This document shows positions 9,216 to 18,445 of a DNA stretch of 64,000 nt, one piece after another. A model generated the notes under the pieces. That model was not told the DNA's origin. It saw only the letters and a program-made list of their open reading frames with translations, and did not search any database. The DNA is taken from the IMG/VR virus record IMGVR_UViG_3300020048_000103, positions 9,272 to 73,271 of that record, one strand, 5' to 3'. Position numbers and translations under genes: made by a program. Origin of the DNA: a virus (taxonomy: Duplodnaviria > Caudoviricetes). The stretch's first letter is position 1, and every line of letters starts with the position of its first letter.

Positions 9216-9710
9216 ATGGACACACCCAAACTCAACAACATTAACTTGGACAATATTGAAATAATAGGCCAAGAAAGAGATTCTCAACATGTAAGAGTTT
9301 CTTTATTTCGGACTGGATCGATAAGGTTTAGTTCGTTTGCTATGCTTCAGTTTTCTGAAGGAGCTGAACTAATGCCGGAAATAACGAATGAGCAAACAAA
9401 TAAGTTTGTTCTTACTTCGGTGTTTAAAACATACGTAAAAATCAATAATCATCTTCGTAAAATGCTTTTACAGCATCAAACCGCCTGTCAAATGGATTGG
9501 ACTCGCGAAGAGGTTTTGGTTCTAAAAAACTGGTTGAAATTGAGGATGGAGCATTGTGAAAGAGAACGCGATGAGCGTTCAGAGAAGTTTAACCCAGACG
9601 CATACATTGCAATGCGGTATCTAATGTTAGAGCTCAAGGAGCTCCTAATGGGGGATATCGTTGACTACGATCGTTTTGAAGATACTCCTAGAGCAGGAGG
9701 AAAATCTTAA
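9216..9710 (+). CDS. Hypothetical protein
   Basis: 164-aa ORF followed by a hairpin. Confidence 0.65.
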   Translation: MDTPKLNNINLDNIEIIGQERDSQHVRVSLFRTGSIRFSSFAMLQFSEGAELMPEITNEQTNKFVLTSVFKTYVKINNHLRKMLLQHQTACQMDWTREEVLVLKNWLKLRMEHCERERDERSEKFNPDAYIAMRYLMLELKELLMGDIVDYDRFEDTPRAGGKS

Positions 9711-9826
9711 AAAATCTTGAGTTTCCCAATACCCAATTATTGGTGAGGGAGACTTTTATATTTTATGATTTGTTAAGCATCAACTCTCCATTATAACAAG
9801 GATTGTTTAACTTAAATTATATAAAT

Positions 9827-10144
9827 ATGACAGTATTTAATTTCACACCTCATGCTATTCACATTTGTGATGGTGATGGGGCAGTTCAGCGGACAATTGA
9901 ACCATCAGGTTTGGTCCGTTTAAAGGCAACTACCGTCGTTGCAGGACAGATAGACGGAATTCCAGTAACTGCTACTGAGTTTGGACAATCGGAAGGTTTA
10001 CCCGAATTTCAAGCTGGCACGTACTACATAGTATCGCAACTGGTCAAGAGTGCGCTAGCATTCCGCACAGATCTCCTTGTCCCTGCTGAAGTAGTAAGGG
10101 ATTCACAGGGAATGATCGTTGGGTGCAAATCACTCGGGATTTAA
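9827..10144 (+). CDS. Conserved small phage protein (N-x-TPH ... VRD-xx-G motif family)
   Basis: FNFTPHAI...PSG...GLPE...YYIVSQLV...RTDLLVP..VVRDSQGMIVGCKSL. I recognise the pattern from phage hypothetical proteins; function unknown. Confidence 0.7.
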   Translation: MTVFNFTPHAIHICDGDGAVQRTIEPSGLVRLKATTVVAGQIDGIPVTATEFGQSEGLPEFQAGTYYIVSQLVKSALAFRTDLLVPAEVVRDSQGMIVGCKSLGI

Positions 10145-10223
10145 TCTACCGCAAGCTCTAAGGCGCATACTGAGCATACTTTTTAAATTAGTGCAAAATA
10201 ATTAATTTTTAATCCGCAGTAAA

Positions 10224-10547
10224 ATGAAATATACGATGGTATTTATGACTAGAGATGGAAAGATTCTTCCATTCTCAGACGGCAAAGAACGTCGTCCATT
10301 TGATGCCCAAGAATTGTTACTACGATTTTTGGTGCATTTCGTGGAGGATGTCGACTGCTATATTGTATCCATTATCATAGAAGGCAAACAAAAAAGACAT
10401 TTTGTTGCCATGAATGATAAAGGAAGGGTGGGCATGTGCGATGCAGACACGAAACAAGTTTACTCACCTAAAGAATTCATGGCAGAGTTAAGGTCTTTGA
10501 ATAGACCTGAGCATCTTAAAGAGTTCTTTCAAGTATGTAAAAATTAA
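10224..10547 (+). CDS. Hypothetical protein
   Basis: 107-aa ORF. Confidence 0.6.
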   Translation: MKYTMVFMTRDGKILPFSDGKERRPFDAQELLLRFLVHFVEDVDCYIVSIIIEGKQKRHFVAMNDKGRVGMCDADTKQVYSPKEFMAELRSLNRPEHLKEFFQVCKN

Positions 10548-10857
10548 TGGCATACACATTATTCATTCCTGTTGTAACAATACTGATAATTGGTATTGTT
10601 GTAACAGTACAAGCGCTGAAGGAGTTCATTAAGAACTTTTAAAATACCCCAGTGTGAGTGCCTAAGAGGGGTCTTTAGGCATGATTCCAAGGATAGCTGC
10701 ATTTAAGTAGCAGTACACACATACCTTTGTATGTACTTGGAGTAACCGCGAAGTGGAAATAAGGGAGGGGAATTTCCTGTAAGAGAGTACTCTTGAGGCT
10801 TTGGCCCTTCCCATCTTATTCAATTCAGTCAGCTTTTCATAAACTCAAAACAATATT

Positions 10858-11064
10858 ATGTTACACAAATTATTTGAAGCAGTAGATGTAGAGGTTAAGA
10901 CAACCTTTGGCATTTTAAAAATTCGATTTACAGTAATTGACATATTGCCAAATTATCATTACGCTTTAATAGCACAAAATAAAATAGTGGTAGGTCAAGA
11001 GAAATGTGACGGGTCTTGGGTCTTATCGGATCCAATTGATTTGTTATGTATCAAGCCCCAATAG
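10858..11064 (+). CDS. Hypothetical protein, paralog of 12644-12859
   Basis: Shares LF..V...V.T.FG.L.I.F...D.L....YA.I.Q......W.....IDLL. Confidence 0.65.
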   Translation: MLHKLFEAVDVEVKTTFGILKIRFTVIDILPNYHYALIAQNKIVVGQEKCDGSWVLSDPIDLLCIKPQ

Positions 11065-11729
11065 TATGAACTATCTTTATGCTCAGCCAGACAGATACGA
11101 AAGGATCCCAGATCCTTTTGCAAGATCTATCATTAAAGCAAGGATTTGTTTCAGAATATTAAACAACTATCTTGATAAAAAAGAACTGACTACTATTATG
11201 GAAGATAAGAATTTCTTGTTTATCCATAATAACATAATCTACTTTGCCGCAGCCTAATCTCCGGCACAAGTTCCTTGAGTTCCCCTAATACATTATGTAA
11301 AGGGGAACTCATTAGTCTTAATAGCATAGGTAATACCAATGTACTAACAAACCTCAATGATGAGTTAGGTTAGTTTAATACACCACACTATGTCCCTTTA
11401 AAGAATGGCATGAAGTACGTGGAGTTCCTTAAATCCTAAGCCAAGGTGTAATCAGGAATGGTTACTAGGGTAAGACTCCACCAGTTATTCTCAAATACTG
11501 CCACAAAATCAATGTCTTTACAAAACCTAATAAGAGAATAGGGTAAAGACTCTTTTAATGCACCATAACTCATTTCCCAAGGATGAGCAATTGTAATCGA
11601 GGTAAAGTGGAGGCTTGATAAAACCACATTTAAAATATCTTGAGCCAGTAGTAAACTTATTATAATTGAGTGCAGAGGGTGGCGGAAGGGAAATATGATT
11701 AATTTAGATTAGTCATTCCTCCAAACAAT

Positions 11730-11886
11730 TCAAATCCTACTACATTAGTTGGACAACTTAACATTGGATAGTGAGTAAAATCGACTCAGGGAAAACACCC
11801 ACAAAGCCTAATAATTCATGAATAGATTAGGAGCCCATCAAGCAATGTTATTTTAGTACCATCGTTCAACGATGTGTAGGATTTGA
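11730..11886 (+). ncRNA. Candidate structured ncRNA, unassigned
   Basis: Perfect 11-bp terminal helix, internal 8-bp helix TAACATTG/CAATGTTA and five hairpins. Ends 11 nt before tRNA-Leu. Confidence 0.55.
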
Positions 11887-11897
11887 TTTTTTTATAT

Positions 11898-11982
11898 GGT
11901 CAAGTGATGGAATAGGTATACATGACAGACTTAAAATCTGTTGCCCTTAGAAAGCGTATGGGTTCGAGTCCCATCTTGACTA
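11898..11982 (+). tRNA. tRNA-Leu(UAA)
   Basis: Acceptor GGTCAAG/CTTGACT, anticodon arm ACAGA CTTAAAA TCTGT, long variable arm, T-arm ATGGG TTCGAGT CCCAT. Confidence 0.92.
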
Positions 11983-12643
11983 CAATTTCTAGAAATATAG
12001 GCGGTTTATATAAACTGCTGAAAAATATGCAGGGGTTGGGAGCCCATAGTATTATCACATATGATGTCAAGCTGTATCCCAGCAGCAGTGAGAGTTGGAA
12101 GTAATCTGTATACATACTTAAGTGGTGGCTTATCGAAAGGTATTATGTTAGACACAAAAACTTCCTATTCCTGGGCACGAAGAAAAACTGCTCATTTTTA
12201 TTGAAACTTAAATCAATATTATATATGAATGTACTTGGAATCTTCCAAAATCAACTAATATTGTATGATTACGGAGCACGAATCGAATTTAGAATTCCTA
12301 TATCTGATAAAAAGATCGAGGAATTAACTACCCATGTAAAGGTCGCAATGTTTAAATCTGAAGAAGAGGTTGAAAAATCAATTTATAAAGATTTTTTCGC
12401 TGATATTTGGGATCTAACTCCTGAAGATTAAAATTCTTAACACACCACAAAAATGAAAGAAATTTATCTAACGCCAGAACAGTATTATGCATTTCGTTGC
12501 ATTCCTAGAGATGCTGATTATACCCAATATATATTTTGGTTGGGGATCTTTGCATTAAACGGACTTACACACAATTTCCATAATACTCATAATTTGCCAA
12601 CCTATCAAGGTCGTGGAATATTCACTTATAACTAATATAATAT

Positions 12644-12859
12644 ATGAAAATTCATGAACTATTTACCACAGTAAAAATACCAGTAGAAACTCAGTTTGGG
12701 TTTCTTGAAATTCCGTTTGTGATAGTGGACTATTTAGGTGATAATAAATATGCTGTAATCTCACAGGGCAGATTAATTATTGCCGAGCAAACTGAGGAAG
12801 GTTGGAAATTCATTTCAAATAGAATAGATTTACTTTTCTTGGCAACTAATTCTAAATGA
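12644..12859 (+). CDS. Hypothetical protein, paralog of 10858-11064 (TGA stop)
   Basis: Sequence similarity seen by eye. ATGA overlap with the next small ORF. Confidence 0.65.
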   Translation: MKIHELFTTVKIPVETQFGFLEIPFVIVDYLGDNKYAVISQGRLIIAEQTEEGWKFISNRIDLLFLATNSK

Positions 12860-13128
12860 GTAAATCAAATCCTATCACTAACTTTGATAAAGGTCTTGAA
12901 AAAATAAGACCTAATATCAACAACGAATTGTACATATTCCTACGTGATGCTAAGGATAAGAGGGAAGCTTTAACTCTTATACTTGAGTATAAATACAATA
13001 TCAGCCTGGACTGGCTGTATAGTCTGCTATGATTTTTTGTTTTGCACTTAAAAACTTGCGAAAGCTTTGAGGATAAGTTACCTTGCGGAAGGTTATAAGC
13101 CTCATCTTTTTAATCAAATATTACACAT

Positions 13129-13296
13129 ATGAAAAAATCTACAAAAGCAATTTTAGTATTTATTCTTCTTTTAATAGCAATGTTTGCAGGAGGAATATTA
13201 TTTAATGCCAAAATGCCCTGGCTTGGAATCTTTTTAATCGTGGCTTCAATTGCCACATTTATTAATTATATTACTAAATATTTAAAACCTTTCTGA
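13129..13296 (+). CDS. Small two-TM membrane protein (TGA stop)
   Basis: MKKSTKAILVFILLLIAMFAGG...PF-TGA, immediately before the SPFH gene. Confidence 0.6.
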   Translation: MKKSTKAILVFILLLIAMFAGGILFNAKMPWLGIFLIVASIATFINYITKYLKPF

Positions 13297-13298
13297 AA

Positions 13299-14099
13299 AT
13301 GAAAAAATCAATCTTTTTTGTGCTTATGGCGATAGTTATGAGTACTTTATTTTCGTGTGAACGCGTAAAGCCTAATTACCAAGGGGTTCTCATGGAGAAT
13401 TACGGTAAAAATGGTAAATCTGATTTTTCCCTGCAAAAGGGTAGTGTATGGACTATCAATCCTGGTACTGAACTGTTTCAAGTTCCCTTGTATGAACAGC
13501 GAGGAGATTTTGGTGAAAGAATACTACAGTTAAAAGCTTCCGATAATACGGAGTTTACAGCCAGTCCTATGTATAGTTTCAACATCATTGAATCAAGGTC
13601 TATTGATGTAGTATTTAATAATAAGCAGATCGGATCAGGTGGTTCCGGTGAAGAATTTATGTTGGCTATGATGGATAATATTTTAGAACCTAAAATTTAT
13701 GATATCATGAAGGAAGGGTCTAGGGTATTTAGTACCGATGATCTTATGGCTGATGGGGGCTCTTTAATTTATGAAGATGCTATGGAAGCTCAAGTGAGAA
13801 AAGTCTTTGAAGAAGCCGGGTTAAATCTCATTAATTTCTCTTGTCAAATTGATTTTACTGATAAAGTTAAAACTAAAATTGATAATAGGAATGAGGTTAA
13901 CAGTAATATAGAGGTGTTGTCCCGACAAATTGAAGAGCAGAAAATGCGAAATGATTTGGAAAGATTGCAGACTGAACAGAATATCATCCGAGATAAGGGA
14001 CTTACTGATAAGATCCTTATTGAGCAATTCATTGCTAAGTGGGATGGTAAGACATCTTTATATGGGAATACTCCGGTGTCCGTGCTATTGAACAAGTAA
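13299..14099 (+). CDS. SPFH/Band 7 (prohibitin-like) lipoprotein
   Basis: Lipobox-like LFSC, CERVKPNYQGVL..., SPFH-type core and a C-terminal coiled coil ending FIAKWDG. Confidence 0.85.
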   Translation: MKKSIFFVLMAIVMSTLFSCERVKPNYQGVLMENYGKNGKSDFSLQKGSVWTINPGTELFQVPLYEQRGDFGERILQLKASDNTEFTASPMYSFNIIESRSIDVVFNNKQIGSGGSGEEFMLAMMDNILEPKIYDIMKEGSRVFSTDDLMADGGSLIYEDAMEAQVRKVFEEAGLNLINFSCQIDFTDKVKTKIDNRNEVNSNIEVLSRQIEEQKMRNDLERLQTEQNIIRDKGLTDKILIEQFIAKWDGKTSLYGNTPVSVLLNK

Positions 14100-14122
14100 C
14101 TTAACCATTAAGACTCAATCAC

Positions 14123-14386
14123 ATGAAAAATTCAATAGTAAAAGAAGGAATTGTTTACAAGGACGGTTCCAGACACATGAGAAAAGCATTAACAGTCGCC
14201 AATTGTTTTGGAGGACTATTGCAACTTGCCCTTAATCACCAAGGAAAAGCTGTTTCTATAGACAGCCCTTCTGTAAATATCAAACTACACTATACAATAG
14301 AACACTTCCTGTTTGTTCAGATCAAGAAAGAAGATGAGCCTCAACTAAATCTCTATTTTGATATGAATGACGATCCCGGGATGTAA
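14123..14386 (+). CDS. Hypothetical protein
   Basis: 87-aa ORF. Confidence 0.55.
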   Translation: MKNSIVKEGIVYKDGSRHMRKALTVANCFGGLLQLALNHQGKAVSIDSPSVNIKLHYTIEHFLFVQIKKEDEPQLNLYFDMNDDPGM

Positions 14387-14694
14387 CGAAAAAATTTTCT
14401 GTGGTTGTGTCAAAAAGAAACTTGAATGCAGTGTTTCTATGTATTTGGCTTTCTTTTGCTGCATTTTTAAAATATTAACTGTTGTGAAACAGCAAACTTC
14501 GGATTAAACGTCGTTCTTTTTAGTTAAACAAATTAGATCCGGTGATCTTGTAAATAATTGGTACACAATTATATCTGAATGTTTTTAGCAGTGTGTTATC
14601 CGAGCTGCCTTTTTTATACACCACACAAAGAAATTGATTTGAGTTCCCTGCGATAGCATCAACGGGACTCATTTTACCTTTAAAACTAGTAAAA

Positions 14695-15060
14695 ATGACA
14701 GAACAGGAATGTTTTTTGAAACTAATTGATATGATTCCAGAAACTTTAAAAAAGTCTGGATATGTATCCCAACCCTGGCAAGGGAGTTCTCTTGAGTACA
14801 ATAAACAAAACTGTGGTAAGTTTGGTATTGTTTATTTGCAGAATTTTACTGATCTTGACACTTATGTTTCTGGTAATCAAATGAGAGTCCAGGGATACCA
14901 TGTAATTTCCATTGATAAACTTTGGGAATATACTGTAGAGCAATATGAAGAATTATTCAAAATCATTGAGACTACAAATTGTAGTTTTAATATTGAAAGA
15001 ATTTATGACCGTGAAGAAATCCATTTAAGAGTATACAATTATTCAATTTACAAATCATGA
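14695..15060 (+). CDS. Hypothetical protein (TGA stop)
   Basis: 121 aa, ATGA overlap. Confidence 0.6.
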   Translation: MTEQECFLKLIDMIPETLKKSGYVSQPWQGSSLEYNKQNCGKFGIVYLQNFTDLDTYVSGNQMRVQGYHVISIDKLWEYTVEQYEELFKIIETTNCSFNIERIYDREEIHLRVYNYSIYKS

Positions 15061-15350
15061 ACAGAAATGCAAGTTTCGCAGCCTTACTTAAGAAGTATTT
15101 AGCTGCAAAGAAGTTAAACAATACATCTCTTGTGCAAAACTTCATCGGAGAATATGAAGTTGACTCAATTATTGAAGGAGAAATTCCTCAAGAAGTAACT
15201 GACGAGATTGGTGAGTTTGCACGGAAATTCGTTTCCAAGAAGTACAAATGTGAAGACCCAAAATTCATTGAGAGGATGCTTGAAATAAGCAATTCTCCCG
15301 TCGAAGAATTTGTTCCTGAACAGACCGTGCACTATCCCGGAGAGTACTAG
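15057..15350 (+). CDS. Hypothetical protein
   Basis: 97-aa ORF. Confidence 0.6.
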   Translation: MNRNASFAALLKKYLAAKKLNNTSLVQNFIGEYEVDSIIEGEIPQEVTDEIGEFARKFVSKKYKCEDPKFIERMLEISNSPVEEFVPEQTVHYPGEY

Positions 15351-15443
15351 CCCTGGCCGGCGCTTCGTAGGTTTTTTTTCATGGGTTTTGTTCTCCTTTA
15401 AATAAAAAACAAAACCCTATCTTTTTCATTTAATAAAAGCTTT

Positions 15444-16082
15444 ATGAATGATTTCGAAAAACGAGTGTTATCAATAGTAGTTAATGAACCTACATTGATG
15501 ATTCCTAAACTAAAAATGTTAGGAAACACTAAGCATGTTCATTCAATTTTAGGTAAATACCTTCCTTTTAGAGTAGGGATTGAGTTTGAATGGGGACCAG
15601 TAGATGATATCCTCATAACTGCTATAGCTAATGAATTTAAATATGAATTTAATTATTCTATTAGTATCGACTATTCCGAAGCAAGAATTTCTTTTAGGGG
15701 ATTTAAATATCTACCTCAGCTATATAAATTCTTACAAATTCTAAAACAAAATGTTCCTTTCAATACTGGAAGTGGTATCCATATTCATATAGATACTACA
15801 AACTATGGAAGGGAATTTGAACTTACTAATGAATTCATGCATCATTTTGTTATGGATTTAGCCCAATATAGTGGAAATTATAATCGGTTGGGTATAAGTT
15901 ATTTTAAAACCACTACTTTCGTAATAACCAACAAACCAAGTTTAGAATACAGATTCTTTAAGATGACGTATAATTATAACGAATTGGTTAAATGGATTAT
16001 CATGTGCTCCTATATTAATAGCTGTCTTAAAATACATGCTAGACCTCTTACATCCATTATGGATGAAATTTACAAACTTTGA
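15444..16082 (+). CDS. Putative amidoligase (COOH-NH2 ligase-type)
   Basis: FRVGIEFEW, D.SE, GSGIHIHID and SLEYRFF motifs. Confidence 0.75.
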   Translation: MNDFEKRVLSIVVNEPTLMIPKLKMLGNTKHVHSILGKYLPFRVGIEFEWGPVDDILITAIANEFKYEFNYSISIDYSEARISFRGFKYLPQLYKFLQILKQNVPFNTGSGIHIHIDTTNYGREFELTNEFMHHFVMDLAQYSGNYNRLGISYFKTTTFVITNKPSLEYRFFKMTYNYNELVKWIIMCSYINSCLKIHARPLTSIMDEIYKL

Positions 16083-16116
16083 TGTGATTGGCTAGGGTTC
16101 GAATCCCACGCATCAG
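16080..16116 (+). ncRNA. 37-nt tRNA minihelix-like element (acceptor + T-arm only)
   Basis: TGATGTG/CGCATCA 7-bp stem, linker ATTGGC, GGG-TTCGAAT-CCC T-arm. Confidence 0.55.
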
Positions 16117-16647
16117 CGATATTATTTAGCAAGTGAGTATTTGTACTTATAACCTAAATAATATTATATAGAATAAATATGATAAAGTGCCTATTATTGA
16201 GCCAACAATAGTAGAGAGTAGATTTTTTAACTCAGTGGCTTGGGTTACAAAATGTAGTTGTGAATTAGTTCTGCAGAGGTAATTCTTAAAAACAAATGGG
16301 TAGTTTCCCTTAGAAGAGCTCTTTCTAAAAATAACAGGTTAATTTTCATATGTTGTATGTATGATTGTTAATAATGTAGGGTGTATGGGAGGGGAAATTT
16401 AATTCTCCTCCCCGTTGAATGTTCCAATAATAAGGTTGGCACTAAATTCAAACTCAAAGTTTCATGAAAATTAAAAAAATCAAATTTTTGTTATTTCTTC
16501 TTCTTATTTTTGCAATATTATTTGTGGGAGGAATTTGTGTATTAATTGACAAAAATGTCGAGGGTCTTGGGATTGTACTAATCGCTGTGTCCCTAATTAT
16601 TCTTTTCACAGTAATTGATGAATTGTTAAACAAAAAATCATAATCAC

Positions 16648-16851
16648 ATGACAGGTGCATATTTGAAATATTTAGTTTCCGCTAATGAGGCAAAAGCCAA
16701 ATTTGAAGGAGAGTCGGAGGACTTAAAACTCTTAATAACTGAAGTTTTTACGCTGTGCTCAAACAATCCTGAACTTACCCAGGTTTTGAGAGATAGGGTA
16801 AAAGAATTAGCTAACGTACCTCAGGTGGTGGAATTCGCTTTCATCTCCTAA
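16648..16851 (+). CDS. Hypothetical protein
   Basis: 67-aa ORF. Confidence 0.55.
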   Translation: MTGAYLKYLVSANEAKAKFEGESEDLKLLITEVFTLCSNNPELTQVLRDRVKELANVPQVVEFAFIS

Positions 16852-16859
16852 ATCATCAT

Positions 16860-16945
16860 CGTCGAGTGGCGAAATTGGCAGACGCGCCCCAAAAAACTAT
16901 AAAAATATCGGGGTAACCTTGTAGGTTCGAGTCCTACCTTGACGA
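16860..16945 (+). tRNA. tRNA-like (Leu-type D-loop) with the anticodon loop replaced by about 19 A/T-rich nt
   Basis: Acceptor CGTCGAG/CTTGACG-A, GGCGAAATTGGCAGACGCG, T-arm GTAGG TTCGAGT CCTAC. No canonical anticodon. Confidence 0.75.
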
Positions 16946-17101
16946 CATTAGGGTTAATCGCCTAATAGTGACCATCTAGATTTAAGATGGAGGATTTACT
17001 CTTGGCCACAATCAAGAGCGGCTTAGTGTTGTATCGACCGTAACAGGTACACATCGTCTACTTACATACTAGACACAGAGGTTGATTACCAGTATGTAAA
17101 C

Positions 17102-17174
17102 CGTCAGATAGCTCAGTTGGTAGAGCACCTTGCTGATAACGAGGTGGTCGGAAGTTCGAATCTTTCTCTGACGA
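17102..17174 (+). tRNA. tRNA-Ile(GAU)
   Basis: CGTCAGA/TCTGACG-A, CCTTG CTGATAA CGAGG, GGAAG TTCGAAT CTTTC. Confidence 0.9.
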
Positions 17175-17355
17175 CATTGCCTTCTCAACAATTGTTTTTT
17201 CTAGGTTTTTAAAAGAAAAATTTAGTGGTTGAACTAGCCAGGATAGTTATTCGTGTTTTTAGTTTTGCACGTGAATGAAAGGGTGAGACCTTAAGCAAAA
17301 TAACATTAAAGAACAAGGACTAACAGTTGATCACTGCCTTGTTCTTTTCTTACTT

Positions 17356-17429
17356 CGTTGAATAGCTCAATGGTAGAGCATCCCGACCAAACTACGGGAG
17401 TGTTGGGGGTTCGAGTCCTTCTTCGACGA
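17356..17429 (+). tRNA. tRNA-like with a 9-nt non-canonical anticodon loop
   Basis: CGTTGAA/TTCGACG-A, TCCCG ACCAAACTA CGGGA. No U33. Confidence 0.8.
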
Positions 17430-17880
17430 CAACGAGGATTTACCATCTCGTTAGGGGCCATTACTGTTATGGATGTCTTACTCCTTTGAGAGAAAAGGGA
17501 GCATGTTATGAGTATAATCCATGAACTCTTTAGTCATGCACACAGCTAGAAGGTTTGGTAGCCAGGTGCGATAAATTAAGTAAATGTATCTAGCATGCAA
17601 TTAAGGTACATTTGCTTAATTTCTTTATGAATTATCTGTAATTAAATATAAAGATATGAAAATATTACCGGAAACGGTGATTGGCGACAGGTCGAGTCAG
17701 GCAAACAGCCTATGAGATAGTATCTTATAGCAGACACTCCTATATTGACGCCTGACAATTTAGTGGAGTGTTTAAAATTTAAATTTTTGTGAATAACAAG
17801 TCTTACTATTCGAGTTGCAAGTATGCAAAGGTAGCAAGGTAAGAATGTGTCTGTTAGTCAGATATTCATAAAGATCCAGT

Positions 17881-18021
17881 GATGTTATGATGGAATTGGT
17901 AGACATGCTGTTTAGTACCTATAAGAACGTAGAATGGGGAGGCACGGTGGACATACTGCAGACGTGAGCAGTAGGAGAAGATTTCTTTAAATCCCTGTAG
18001 GTTCGAGTCCTGCCAATATCA
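17881..18021 (+). tRNA. Expanded tRNA-Leu-like RNA (141 nt) with insertions in the anticodon and variable regions
   Basis: GATGTTA/CAATATC-A, ATGGAATTGGTAGACAT D-arm, GTAGG TTCGAGT CCTGC T-arm. Extra hairpins TACTGC/GCAGTA and GATTT/AAATC. Confidence 0.65.
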
Positions 18022-18445
18022 CAAAAAGGCTAAACATTGATCCTTTGTGAATAGGTTTGTGTAGCAATCAATTGGAAAAAGGAGACTATACTACCAAATG
18101 AAAAAGCTTAATTCACATAAAGATACTAATCCTGAATTAACAGGATAAACACTAATGGGTACTACAAATATTGAGATTTAATATAATATCGTTGTAAAAC
18201 GTAAAAATTAAAGACATAGTAGATACAGTGAAAAATGGAGTAATCCTAGATGTGTTGTTCCTTAAAAAAGAACGGTGATGCTCCTGATATGCTTCAAAGT
18301 ATCAGCAACACAAATTAGTTTTGGTAGATGATTGAAGTCCATTGGTCATATCAATGCAGACTTATTAAGTTTGATAGTTTAGGGAAAAATATCAATCATC
18401 TGCTAAAACTTAATTAGTAACTATTAATTTAATAAAATAAATATT

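Noticed and set aside
11900-12115. Track ORFs 11922-12104 (+) and 11900-12115 (-)
   Set aside because: They overlap tRNA-Leu and have no protein-like features.
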